Shown piece by piece: positions 11,901 through 26,153 of a DNA stretch of 64,000 nt. The position numbers and the translations under genes were made by a program. The stretch comes from Octopus bimaculoides. Lineage: Eukaryota. Location: contig NC_069005.1 of the NCBI RefSeq assembly GCF_001194135.2, positions 11,070,026 through 11,134,025 of the forward strand, in the 5' to 3' direction. Each line of letters begins with the position of its first letter. The first letter of the stretch is position 1. The notes under the pieces were generated by a model. That model made no database searches. It was not told the DNA's origin and saw only the letters and a program-made list of their open reading frames with translations.

Positions 11901-14900
11901 TTGAATATGCACTTCCCTTGACTTTGAATTTGAGTGCCAGTGTTAGAAATCACCTCAAGGGGGTGAAAAAAAAGTCACTGCCAAAATATCGTGCATTCTT
12001 TAGTTAGCAAAGGTCTGGCGTTTAGATTATATTAAATGTAATACTTATTTATTCACATTGTTTTGAATTAATGCTGCATTATCTCATAGCATTGAGATTT
12101 CAATGATGTGATTGTTTATTTTGAGAACGACCATGTGAGGTAGGTGTGATAGGCCAAATCTGGCCATTTTGAACATAAAATAGAAGATTTGAACCAAATA
12201 TGGCTGGTTTGAATGCTGAAGGGCTAATGAAGATTTGGTAGTCAGCATCGTCACCAGAAACCAACATCTGTTGCTCATGTTACGACTAATAGCCTGTTCA
12301 GAGCTGTCAAGGAATGTTTTTGTTTCAGAGTCTGTTTAACATAACATTGCATCTGAACCTGTCAATATATCACAACATAGCAAATTGAGTTTCTCTACAT
12401 ATGTTCTAAAAAATGCTTAGAATGCACTATCACTCATCACTGCTTGTGACACACAGCTGGTTTCTTGGGGGATTTAAAAAGAAAGTAAGAAAAAAAATAG
12501 CTCTCCCTTTTTATGGTTCAAATCTCATTATAGAAATGTTTCAAATTATTTTAGGATTATTCTTTTGAAGTTTTTAAAGTTTGAAATTTGTGTTAGGTGA
12601 AAATTTTAAATAGGTAAAAAAAAAAAATGTCCGTAGTGCTTGTATAATCTGAAATCATCTATGAAGCTGAAACTGAAATTAAAACTTAATTTTAATTTTG
12701 TAAATTCAGAATATAATTTTAATCTCAGCATCATTACTAAAATGGTGGTGAACTAGCGGTCATTATCTCGACAGGAAAAATGCTTAGCATTTCGTCCATT
12801 TTCAAATTCTGCAGAGGTCATCTTTTTCCTTTTAGGGTCAATAAAATGAGTATTGGTTGAGCACTGGGGTCAATGTAATTGACTCGCACCTCTTCCTGAA
12901 CTTATGAAAATGTGAGCTGGCTGAATCGTTAGCACATCTAAGAAAATGTTTCGTAGCGCTTATTCTGGTTCTTTGTATTCAGTGTTCAACCACTATTGCC
13001 AAGATTAACTTTGCCTTTTTCCAGCTGAGGTTAAAATAAAATACTAGCCAAGTACTGGGACCGATTGAATTGATGGATCCTCTTCCCTTTAAAATTGCTG
13101 GCCATGTGACTGTATTAGAAACTACAATTATTATTTAGGTAGTGAGCTGGCAAAAATCAGTGCATCAGACAAAATCCTTAGCAGTTTTTCAGGCTCTTTA
13201 CATTGTGGGTTCAAGTTCTGTTGAGGCCAACTTTGTTTCATTCCTCCAGGGTTGAAAACAAAGTATCAGTCAAGTACAACACAAAACAATTTCATTGTAA
13301 TTTTTGAATGATGCCACCTTGCTGGCTTGGCAGGCAGACATTATCCCTGAACAGAATGCTAGTCTGTCATGGGGTTTCTCATTTACAGCTGAGTGGACTG
13401 GATCAATAGGAAATTTTGTCAAGAACACAACACATTGCCACATTTTGGAATTGAAACCATGATCTTATGATTGTGAGTGCAACACCCTCAACACTAGGCC
13501 ACATATCCTCATTGTATTGACATCGGTAATCTTAGTATGGCTATCACCGTGGTTGTTACTGGTGCATTGTGAAGTCTGCAGATTGGTAACAACTGGTGTT
13601 GATGTGCTTGATATGGTGTTTGATAATGTAGAGGTAATCTAGATGATCCCTGTTGAAGAGAAATATGAAAGGTGAAGTCAGCCCTTAAAAATAAAATTGT
13701 TGTTGGTGATAGGGTTTAAGTATTTCTCTGCTCCTTGGGCAGGTCAAACAATCAGTGGCTCAAACTGAAATTGAATAGTTATATATCTTTGTTGTCAAAC
13801 TGTTAATGTCCATTTTCCGTGTTGGCATGGGCTGTATGTTTGGACAGGATCTAATTAACCTGGGGATTGCATTGATTTCCATTGTTTGCTTTGGTATGGT
13901 TTCTACAGGTGGGTGCTCTTCATAACATCAACCGCTTTGTAATGTGCACTGAGTACTTTTTCCAGGGCTCCTGCCAGCACCAATGAGGCTTAGCGTGTAA
14001 CATTGCAAGGCAAGGCTACTTGACAGTGAAGGAGCAACATTGAGAGAGGTTTACATTGTGCCAAGTGTAGAGAAGTTAGAAGGATAGAAACCGGTATTTT
14101 GCTATAAAAGAGACACATGGGTATCCTTGCAGAAAAAGGAAAAAGTATGGTTGAGATGAAAATATAATTTGAAATTAAGTAGAAAAATGGCACTAAATGT
14201 GTTGTTTCTTGACTGACTTTCATCTCCAAAATTTCAGATGAAGTCATTTGTCAGAAAACAAATCTATTTTAATGTTACTTTTGATGTTCTGAATATTTTT
14301 CCTTTTTTTTTTTTTAATTATTCAATTAAAAAAATTATTTAAAAGCAAAAGGAAAATAACATTTGTATAATGACCTTTCATGTATATTAAACTATTTCTT
14401 TAGCTCTGATGGTGTGTGGGACCCAGAAAAATGGTTCAAGGCTTTCATTGCTTCACCTGAGGGGTCGCCCCTTACAATCAGTGATGGTCGAGAACGACGG
14501 CGACCTTTGGAGATTGATAGAGAATTTATCTTCCGCCGTCGCTTGTCGGGTAAGTCTTTAGAATTTTTTTTTCCTCTCCTATCTGTGCATTTTATTTACA
14601 ATGCTAGCATGGCTGGTAGTTTTGGGAATTGTGTGTGTGTATTTTAGGATGTTTGCATATTGTCAGTGCTTAAATTACTGAAATCCTTGCAGTGTTAAAC
14701 CTCTTAGCTTTGAAATAGTAGTGGTAACTGTTATTGAGCAGGTAAAGCAAGCTTTGTATGCTAGAGTATACAGTGGCCACAGCAAGGTCTGAACCTATGA
14801 TCACATTGGTCAGTCTCTTTGACCACATGACAACTGACCTCAATGTTTATTTTTGTCTTCTAAGCAAAACAATTTCTGTGTAACTAATTTCCGTTCCATA

Positions 14901-17900
14901 TTTCAACACTTTCACCAAAGACATAACTGATTTAGACCAAGTTTTATTTTCTCCATCGTCTCTGGAGATCCAACTCTTCTAAAAAAATTTCATAGCTGAT
15001 TTATGTTAGCACTGGTTGGATACTAACTACACAACTGTGGATTTGGAGTGGAACTTTTGGTTTTTGTTGTGCTGATGCAAATGTATTTATGTACTCAGCC
15101 CAAGGGCACAAAACTATGATTCAAGTATGAATTGTGGCCAAGTAGTTCAAGCAACATTGTGTGGCTTTGATATTAAAATCTGAGATGTTTTGTTACCATA
15201 TTTTCTGGCATGCTAGTTGAATTTTTCAGACCAAAATTTACAGCCCCCCCCCCCCAAAAAAACAAAACAAAACAAACTAGGTCAATTTATACACCAAGAT
15301 GATTTAGGACAAAAAATTCCATGTAAAATGCTGCAGGATTTGGAACGATAATGATATTTGAATGTTTACACTGTATACTACATCAACTTATGTCAGAAAA
15401 TACAATTTATTTAAAGCTCAAGACATTTCCTATCTTTGGAGGAATTATTAAACGATGAAATGCATAATCCAGCAACTCTTAGGAAAATTTAGACTAATTT
15501 CAGTAACTATGCTAATATCCAAAAATTAAAAAAAAACAAAACTCCAAAAGCATCCCTATTTGTATCTTAAGACTTGGGTAGTTATGTGTTTGACTTTTTG
15601 ACTAATGATGATTTTTTTTGTTGTTTTTTTTTGTTGCAGACCCCAAGGAGCGTTTGAGGGATGATTGTATAGTGTTAAGCCCTCAACGTAGAAGCTTTGG
15701 AACAGGGTGCCATGTAACACTTTCGGGCATCGGGAGACAAGTTAGTTGTCCTCCTGATTTCAAAGAGTCAGCTCAAAGGTAATCCTTTCATACGTATTTT
15801 TGACATGTAAATTGAAGTGAACTTGGAACCCTCTGTAGTCTCTCAGCCTACTAGAAACAGCAGCATAATCTCCTTCAAATCACAACCTGCTGTTAAAAAA
15901 AAAACCCCCAAAAAAACCCCCACCAGTTTGGATGTTGGAATACTAGATATATCCTCATTGTTTAACATTCACTTTTCGATGCCTGTATGGAGTAGATGGA
16001 ATTAATTGGGGTTAATTTTCAATGGCTGGATGCCCTTCCTGTCACCAATCCTCACCTATCTCCAGACAAGGTAATATTTCCCCATGATGGGATATGTTTC
16101 TCACAGAAGACTCGAAACAAACATCACTTATGATGGTGATTGTTTACAGCCATACATATCAAGACATGAATAACTGGCACTCCATCGGTTATAAGGGTTC
16201 TAGTTGACCCAATTAACAAAACAGCCTGCTCATGAAATTAACTTGCCTGTGGCTAAGCACTCTAGACATGTGTACCCTTAACATAGTTCTTAAGGATATT
16301 CAGCATGACAGTGTGACAAGGCTGGGCCCTTTGAATTACCGGTACAACTCATTTTTGCCAGCTGAGTGGATTGGAGCAATGTGAAATAAAGTGTCTTGCT
16401 CAAGGACACAATGTGCTGCCTGGAATTGAACTTGCAGCCATACGATTGTGAGCCAAATATCCCTAACCACTTAGCCATGTGCCTTCGCTAGACAAGGTTA
16501 AACACACATCATGAGCATCTTTCACTTTCTGTCTGCCAAATCTACTCAAGGCTTTGTTTAGTTTGGAGCTGTAGTAGAAGACACTTGCCTAAGGTGCCAT
16601 GCAGTGGAACTGCACCTGAGACCACATAGTTGGAAAGCAAACTTCTTAACCACACAACCATGTCTACAATTAGTCTGGTTTTAATTTTTGATAATAGCTA
16701 TTTTTATTGAATTACAGAGCAGTTTTCACATATTTGTACTCCTAATGTAATTCTTAGGCCAAATTGGAGTTACAGTCTGAAACAAAACTGGCCTTCTGCA
16801 TTACAAATGTGGCCCACCTGATGGGCTTTCAATTTCTCTTAATTTTGACTCGCATGTCTTGAGTCAAACTTAGGCTATGGTTTAAAAAAAGAAAAATGCT
16901 CTGTGCTATATAATAGGATTGAGCCTTCGATCTCGTGACTGCAGAAGAAACTTTTTAACCACACAGCCATCTCATCATATGATTCAGGAAATGGATATTG
17001 GTAGGCATTGTTTTGTGGTTAAAAAGTTTGCTTCTCTCTTATGTAGTCCTTTGTCTAATTCTACTCTGTGACACTTTGGGTAAGTGTCTTTTACAAGTAG
17101 CCATGGGTCAGTCAGTACCTTTATGAGTAAAATTGGTAAATGACCTTACAATGTCATTTTAACAATAATCACCTCATTAAAGTCTCAGTGGTATGAGATA
17201 ATGCATGATTAATCATCCAAAGCAGTGTGACTAAAGCTTTACAGTAATTCAACAGTAATCTGCATGTTTAAAGGGTTAAATTTAGACTTGGTTTCAGCTT
17301 TTTTCCTTTCTTTTTCTTTCTTCATTATCCTTCATTTTTACAATTTTTTTTCTTTTGTTTTCCTTTTCTGTAGAGAGCGAACTCGAAGAATTGGGAGTGG
17401 CCGAATTCAACTCGAGAAGGATTACAACTGTAGATACGATAACCGTGATGATCGCTTTGAAAGGAACGATAGTGGTCGTGGTGATAACTTTAGGAACAAC
17501 TATGATCGGGTATGGTCTTTTTATGACATGGATGTTTTTCTTTGTTTTTATGTTTTCAATTGTGGTGATTCAGAGAAGTGCTGTCCTTCATTAGATTGTT
17601 TTTGGGTGAAAAAGGAAAACTCTGTGGCTTGTTCACTTGTAACATCTTGTTGGCACTCCGTCGCTTACGACGTCGAGGGTTCCAGTTGATCCGATCAACG
17701 GAACAGCCTGCTTGTGAAATTAACGTGCAAGTGGCCGAGCACTCCACAGACACCTGTACCCTTAACGTAGTTCTTGGGGATATTCAGCATGACACAGTGT
17801 GACAAGGCTGACCCTTTGAAATACAAGTACAACAGAAACAGGAAGTAAGAGTGAGAGAAAGTTGTGGTGAAAGAGTACAGCAGGGTTTGCCACCATCCCC

Positions 17901-18603
17901 TGCCGGAGCCTCGTGGAACTTTAGGTGTTTTCGCTCAAACACTCACAACGNNNNNNNNNNNNNNNNNNNNNNNNNNNNNNNNNNNNNNNNNNNNNNNNNN
18001 NNNNNNNNNNNNNNNNNNNNNNNNNNNNNNNNNNNNNNNNNNNNNNNNNNNNNNNNNNNNNNNNNNNNNNNNNNNNNNNNNNNNNNNNNNNNNNNNNNNN
18101 NNNNNNNNNNNNNNNNNNNNNNNNNNNNNNNNNNNNNNNNNNNNNNNNNNNNNNNNNNNNNNNNNNNNNNNNNNNNNNNNNNNNNNNNNNNNNNNNNNNN
18201 NNNNNNNNNNNNNNNNNNNNNNNNNNNNNNNNNNNNNNNNNNNNNNNNNNNNNNNNNNNNNNNNNNNNNNNNNNNNNNNNNNNNNNNNNNNNNNNNNNNN
18301 NNNNNNNNNNNNNNNNNNNNNNNNNNNNNNNNNNNNNNNNNNNNNNNNNNNNNNNNNNNNNNNNNNNNNNNNNNNNNNNNNNNNNNNNNNNNNNNNNNNN
18401 NNNNNNNNNNNNNNNNNNNNNNNNNNNNNNNNNNNNNNNNNNNNNNNNNNNNNNNNNNNNNNNNNNNNNNNNNNNNNNNNNNNNNNNNNNNNNNNNNNNN
18501 NNNNNNNNNNNNNNNNNNNNNNNNNNNNNNNNNNNNNNNNNNNNNNNNNNNNNNNNNNNNNNNNNNNNNNNNNNNNNNNNNNNNNNATGTATGTATATAT
18601 GTG

Positions 18604-18652
<49 letters not shown>

Positions 18653-21064
18653 GAGAGATTTAGAAATATTATATTTCTAATTATTTGTGTGTGTGTGTGT
18701 GTGTGCAGGCATGACTGCTGTGTGGTCAAGAAGCTTGATTTGCAGCCATCTCCTTTCGGGTTTAGCTCCACTATGTGACACTTTGTGTAACTTTTCTATC
18801 AGTTTCATCGCATAACCACCTTCACACACTGGTTTATGCTTGTGCTCACTTGCCAGTGTCCACACTCATTGGCTGGCATCTGTTACTTTTACACACTGAT
18901 TATTTGAAATGAATAGAATCGAGGTTGTATAAATTTGCATTTATGACAGCAGTCAAATTATGAACTGTTAATTTGTGAGTGGAACAGTCGCATAATACCA
19001 CACAGATATTTAATTTTCTTTTGTTACATTTTTTTTTTTTCTCTTACAGCGAGACATAAATCCACGAAGAATAAATACCCGTAAGTTATCTCATCATTTT
19101 CTTTTAAAATTTTAATTTATGCACTTCATGTTATTCAAATTAGGTGTAATTGAATTCGGATTTAGTCCCATGTCAACCTTATTAGAACTCCAGCCATCCT
19201 TTTAGAAATATTTAGTGTTTCATGATTTAATGCGTTTGCATTATAAAGATGATGGAAAGCTGTGAATTTAAGGTTTTTGCTGCTACTTTTAGTATGTCAA
19301 GAGACCATGAAGAGATTCTTTTGTTGATTTGTCAGCTGACTACTCAATCAATTCAGTGCTTGTTAGCAGTAAGAATAGAAGATTTTACTGAAAAGCAAGC
19401 CCCTAAAATGACTCTCAAACCATCCTGTCTGTCAACTCGGCCATGCTATCATGGCAAAATGGTTGGATGTAGAAAAGTAAAATTTCATTTTAAGTGCTAC
19501 AACATCCTTTAGCTGAACTCCCTTGTTAATGTGGAATAAGGACCTTATTTTGCTGGTTGGTGCTTTCAAATTGCTTCGCCAGTTAGTTGTCATGTGTTAG
19601 AAAAAGCAATTCAGTCTAGATTCAGCTTTTTAGATTAACTTTGTGGGGTAGGTGTCGGAAACCAGATTTGGCTGGTTCGATGAACATAAGACAGAAAACG
19701 AGTCAGATATGGCCAAATTAAGTGTTAAAAGATTAATGTAATTAGAATAGTCTTAAAATGTAGAAATCCAAATAAATACCAGTGGAGGTGCTTATTCCAA
19801 AACTCATCTTTTCTTTATACATTGTTAGAATTTTTTTGAATTATATTTTCTGAAGTACTAAGTTTAACAATATAAAATGTTTTTTGAAACGCTGCTTTGT
19901 CAGATAGTAGTGACCTTCAGTGAGGGCTTCCAACATTAAATAGTTTCACAGTCTTCATATAGGGTGTGGAAACATAGAATTAAGTTTGATAGTCTAAGAA
20001 TTTTGATACATAATATAGTGCCTGGTCAAAATAATTTTCTCTGAACTGTTTTTATAATGGGTTTTATAATTATCATCCCCCTTTTAATCCGTTTTATCTC
20101 TTGTTGTAGCCAACCGACGACGAAATATTCGTCGGCATGAAGATGACCCAGCTCCAGAGTGGTTCACAGATGGACCAAATAGCAAAACAGATACCATCGA
20201 GCTACGTGGTTTTGAAAACACTGGAGAGCAGGCAGAAGAGGACATGGACGAGGTTAACATGCCTGTTGTAAACAGGAAGGAGTATCTCTCGCACATCAAT
20301 GAAGAGGACATTGGTAGGATTTTAGTTGTATATTCATTGTTTTACTGTCGTTCCAGCTGTAATTTTTACCTTTTTTTTTTATCTGACTTCTTCTAGGATT
20401 ACTTTATCTTGTCTATCCCAGCCTAGTGGTTAGGGTGTGGTTTTGATTTCTGGACAAGGTAGTATATTGTGGTCTTGAGATAAACACTTTATCATGTTTC
20501 CAGTCCACTAAGCTCTGATTACGAGCATTAACTGGGAAGTTAACCCTGGTGTTAACCTGGAAGTTCGTGGGGTATGCTGTAATCTCAGTTATTTCAACCA
20601 GGTTAAGCTCCAACCCTGTGAGTCATATGGTTCTTGACAGACACTACCAGGTCCAGAGATTGGATTATGGCTGTTACAGCACAAAGACTGCAAGGGGGTT
20701 TTAGTCAATTATATTGACCTAATATTTTGTCAGGTACTTTGTCAACTTCAGACGAGGACAAAAGGCTGTCAACCAAGCATAAGAGAAGATAGTCTATATG
20801 TTAGTCAATATTGCCTTTCACATCATCAAGCAACACAAACCAACATTAGAATTTTACATAGTTTTTGTAGTATACTCTTTTACACTTTTACTTGTTTCAG
20901 TCATTTGACTGTGGCCATGCTGGAGCACCGCCTTTTGTCAAGCAAATCGACCCCAGGGCTTATTCTTTGGAAGCCTAGTACTTATTCTATTGGTCTCTTT
21001 TGCCGCTAAGTTATGGGGATGTAAACACACCACCATCCGTTGTCAAGCAATGCTGGGGGGACAA

Positions 21065-21154
<90 letters not shown>

Positions 21155-24100
21155 GCATACACATGATGGACTTCTTTCAGTTTCTGTCTACCAAATCCAC
21201 TCAAGGCTTGGGTTGGCCTGAGGCTATAGTAGAAGACACTTGCCCAAGTACCACACAGTGGGAATGAACCCAGAACCATGTGGTTGCTAAGCAAGCTACT
21301 TACCATGCAGCCACTCAGTACATTGTTTATTAGAGAACTGGGATGTAGCTCAGTGTAATTGTAAATCATATTTGTAATTGATGTACACCAATTTGAGCTA
21401 GTGGACCTGTAGCTGTTTTTTTTTTTTTTTTAACGAGGTCTGTGTAACTGGTGCTTTCTTGGCAATTATGTTGCCAATTATTCTACCGAGTGCATGCCAT
21501 TCCACCTTTCACAAATTTGTTGCAATTAGTTAAATCTCTGTAGATCCAAAATTTTTAAAATTTTGAATGAAATTACATATTGTATTACAGTGTATTGAAT
21601 GGATTTTTCTCTTTTTCTCTCTCAGCTAACATCAGTGTGTCTGAGAGAAATGGCAGCTTGGAAACTAATGAATCCAGTTCTCCTGAGGATTCTCCACCCT
21701 CAGACAATGTCCATGGCACACCACCTCAAACATCGCCTTTCTTTGATCTTGATGAATTCTTCAAAATCAATATACCAATACTTGGGATGATGGTAAGTTC
21801 AGTTTGGCTGTACTTTTGAACCAGTTTCTAAAATACATGTGAAGTTGTTGTTTGTGCTCAAGTCAACTCTGATTGAGAAAGGACACTGATCCAGTGTTTC
21901 AGCTGTAACTAATGTTTTTTTGAATATCAAAAATAAAAACATTCTTATGTATCCTTTTTAAAGATTGAAGGGGTGATTTTAGGGAGATTTATATTACTGG
22001 TAGGCTGAGTGAGCACAGTCCCTTCAATGCTTCGCGTATGAAGGGTTTTGAGATAAGTTGTGATTAGGGTACCCTCACTTTAAATTGGTTTGTTCTTATA
22101 ATCTGGCTGGTTAGATGATTGCTGTCAGACATAGGGAATGACAGTAACCGACTTGTTGTTGGCACTCCGTTGCTTACAACGTCGAGGGTTCCAGTTGATT
22201 CGATCAGCAGAACAGCCTGCTCGTGAATTTAACATGCAAGTGACAGCACTCCACAGACACGTGCACCCTCAACGTAATTCTCGGGGATATTCAGCGTGAC
22301 ACAGTGTGACAAGGCTGGCCCTTTGAAATAAAGGTACAACAGAAACAGGAAGTAAGAGTGAGAGAAAGTTGTAGTGAAAGAGTACAGCAGGGTTCGCCAC
22401 CATCCCCTGCCAGAGCCTCGTGGAACTTTTAGGTGTTTTTGCTCAATAAACACTCACAACGCCCGGTCTGGGAATCGAAACCGCGATCCTATGACCGCGA
22501 GTCCGCTGCCCTAACCACTGGGCCATTGCGCCTCCACAGTAACTGACTAGACTCAGCATATTAAGTATATTTTCTATAGTCTGTAGTGTTAATTCAGTAT
22601 TTTTCTCCATTTCAAATCTGGTTTATAGGTTTATTTGACCTTTAAGTGGGTGTCTTAAACATGAGAATTTGATCATTGTTGTATTTTTTTAATTAAAAAA
22701 AATTTTTACGCATTAGGACTTGAAAAATTTGGGTCTTTAGTCCTTAAAGTAGTAAAATTTTGTTTGAACCAATATTTGGCAAGCATATAAATCAGATGTT
22801 ATACCCTAGAGACTTCCACATCCTGTTACAGGACAAGCACCACTCAACTATATGGATATTATTGGCAGATACAACATTAACTCTTTTGCATTCAGATTAC
22901 TCTACCAAATGTAATGCCTATTTATTCACATTGTTTTAAAATATGATAGTTTATAACTTCAACATTGTGATTATTTTTAGACTGACATTGTAGGTCAGTT
23001 GTAAGAGGCCTGTTGTGATTAGTTGTAACATTAAACCGGTAGAATATTTTAGCCAGATATGGCTGGTTTAAATGCTAAAGGATTAAAGAGCTAAAGGGTT
23101 AAAGAGGGGCAAAATTGTGAGTTGTATCTTGGCTGTGGTTGCTTGAAGATGTTAACTAAATTGAAGTGTACTTGTTTGCTCAATGCTTTATTATTATTAT
23201 ATATTATTGAATGGGAGGAGATGTTTATGCTTATCTGAGGCCATGGGTCTGGCTTCAAGCTAACCTTAGTTATTAGCCAGTTGGTAAAACTTGATTAGAA
23301 TGCTGTATTATAATTACAGCCCTGCTAGACAAGTATGTTATATGTGAGGTCCTTGTCTCACTTGTATATGCCATTTTTGACATGTTTTTGTCACTAATCA
23401 CTTTACTGAGTTGGATTCATCATGCCACAAGCAATAAAGATGTTGTCCCATGGAAGGATTAGAGCCCTCTTTAACCAATATCAGTGTTCATGTGGTTGTA
23501 GCTTTTTCTTGTTAGTCACATGTTGGTGTAGATGGGGGTGGGGAAATGGTGATCTAATGTGGCTTGGTATAGAGGTCGTTTGTTCATATGGAAAGGGAGG
23601 GGTTGCACAAGTGGGAGTGAGACTCTCTCCATCGCTTTAATTTAGAGGGCCATACTGAGCAGCTGTCAAAGTTGCAAGAACGTGATGTTTGCTGCACCCC
23701 CCCCCTCCCTAAATGGCCTGTGATATACCATTGCAGCATGCACTGTTTAACCATTTCGATACTGATTCTCTTGAGACTTGCTCTTAGTTCTATATCAAAT
23801 TTTAAAGTGACCTAAATCAGAAAATCAAAAAATAACTTCGTCAAAATTTTATGTTAATTTGTCCCAAACACCTTCACTCGTTAGCATTCAGGTTATTCTG
23901 TTAAATATAATAATTATTTATTCACATTGTTTTGAATGAACCATGACTTGGAGCTTTGAGATTTTGATAGTGTGATTGGTATTATTTTTAAAAAATTTTT
24001 TCCAACAATAATGTAGAATACATGCAAGAGGCTGGCTCAAGTAGAGTATTTGAGCTGGATATCATCTCCTCGTGTCCATTTTCTGTGCTGACATGGGTTG

Positions 24101-26118
24101 GATGGTTTGACACTGGGTGTTTGATACGGGGGTGTATTTTATGTGGCACTAACACTAGTGAGATTGCTAGGTAGCTGCAGGATAAGATCCCTCAACTGAG
24201 TGGGGTATGGACTGGAGGAATAAGAAACTACGGTTGAGGGAGAGGAGCAAGTGTCTTGCTGAAGAGGTGAATACATGGCTTGCCCACCTGGAAAGAGAAA
24301 AAGATATGAGGTTCAGGTATAATGTTAGTATGAGAGAGAATAGGATAGAAGAGCAGAAAAAGTGGACTGTGAAAATAGTGTGACATGATTAGAGATAGAG
24401 AATGAATTGGATGCAGAGGATAGCGGTTGAGTATTGGGGGAGTGAAGAAATGGGATAAAGTGTGTGTTGTGTATACATGTTGAATTTTATTTTTGTTTTT
24501 GGTGAAATTGAAGTGTGGTAGAAGCGAGTTGGTTACGTTTATATTTGATGCCTTAGTTTCTTCATGGTAATTCTATTTCCATTTTTGTTTGTAGGATGGT
24601 GGTTTGGAAGAAACTGATGTGACACAAGGTAGCAGGTTTAGCCGCTGGTTCAGTCAAACTGCCAACCATGACAACAACAGCAGGCGTTCCTCCATTGTTG
24701 AGGAGACAGGCTGTATACGAGGTAGGTCCACAATAATCTCCCTGGTTTGGGACAGGGGTGGGTAGCTGTTGGTATAACAGTACTTATATAGATACTCTGC
24801 TTAGCTCTGTAAGCGAGCAGATGCTCAGGAGCCATCTAAAGATCACAGTAATCCAAACATCTGAATACAGATTTATTAAAAAAAAAAAAGAATTCAGCCT
24901 ATGTTTGTTCGAGCTAGGTTTTAATGGTGATAGTCTTATTTTCATTGCGGGATATATTATTCTTAGATATAAATTAAAACAAAAAAAAAACAAAAAAAAT
25001 CTAAACATTTACAAAAATGAAGTTTGACAGATCCATGTCCACAAATCATCCGATAGCTGTGCTTTTGAAGACATGGAATAAAAAGAATTCTTCTGGGGAA
25101 AAAAAAAAAGGTATGAATGAGCAGGAGGATAAACAGATCTAAAATATGCTGCTGGACATCTGTCACTGAGGAACCCATAGCAGGGTGAAATCACGTGATC
25201 TGGCAGTCCTGGTGGCTGTAGCAGATGATTCTTGAATGTCACTGATATAATCTAAGCTTTTATGCACCACGTGTCATGGGAGATCCTCTTGAGATAAATA
25301 AAGCAGTATTTTGCGTTTTAACACAACCTCCATTAAGTACAGGTGCAAAATCAAGGTTTTGGAAACTTTGGTTCCAAAGTTTTTTTGGATTACTGATTTT
25401 CTGAACCAGGGATGGTCATGCTCTCAATTAAATATTAAATTAACTTGATTAAATGCAATTCATGTACCTGTACATTAGTATAAATGATACAAGTTTATCA
25501 TTACTATTCTGTGCAAATTACTTGTAAATTAGTCTGGTAGCCATGGGAATTGCAAGTTCTTCATTAATTAATGTGGATTATAAGAGGTTCTGCACCATCA
25601 GTGTCTGGAAAGTCGGTGTTATGTCTTCATAAACACTTCAGAACAGATAGTTTTGTAAAAAGAATCAACGGTAGTTTCAAATGGGTTGGTTCCACAAAGA
25701 AGTAGGGCAGGGAAAAGACTAACCTTGTGTGTTTGTGTTGTAACTGGTAGGCTTAGGTTCTTGACTGGTTACTGTGTATATTTACCTGACACAGCACTTG
25801 GGTTTGGAATTGTTCTGATGATTGAATGCTTATTTTGCAGTACACTTGATTTGAAAAACTTGTTTAAAAAAAAATTGGTTCACGAAATTGCTAGAATTCT
25901 TAGCTCATTGCAGTGAGAACAGACTTCATCAAATCGTATAAACTTCTTTGTGTTTGTGTAAATATCATTTTGATTTGGCTAACCTTGTGTATCTATACAA
26001 AAGTAAAGTTCAAAACAAACTCCTTTTGGTCAATTTCAGTGTGTGGAGTCAGCTGTGTGTTGAGCTTTGACATGCCATTGACAATTGAATTTTGAACCAA
26101 TCAACTGCTCCAAAAATA

Positions 26119-26153
<35 letters not shown>

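Noticed and set aside
17851-18778. Long ORFs filled with X (also 33357, 39958, 42214, 48055, 50365, 59095, 63395)
   Set aside because: Artefacts of N gaps plus flanking microsatellites.
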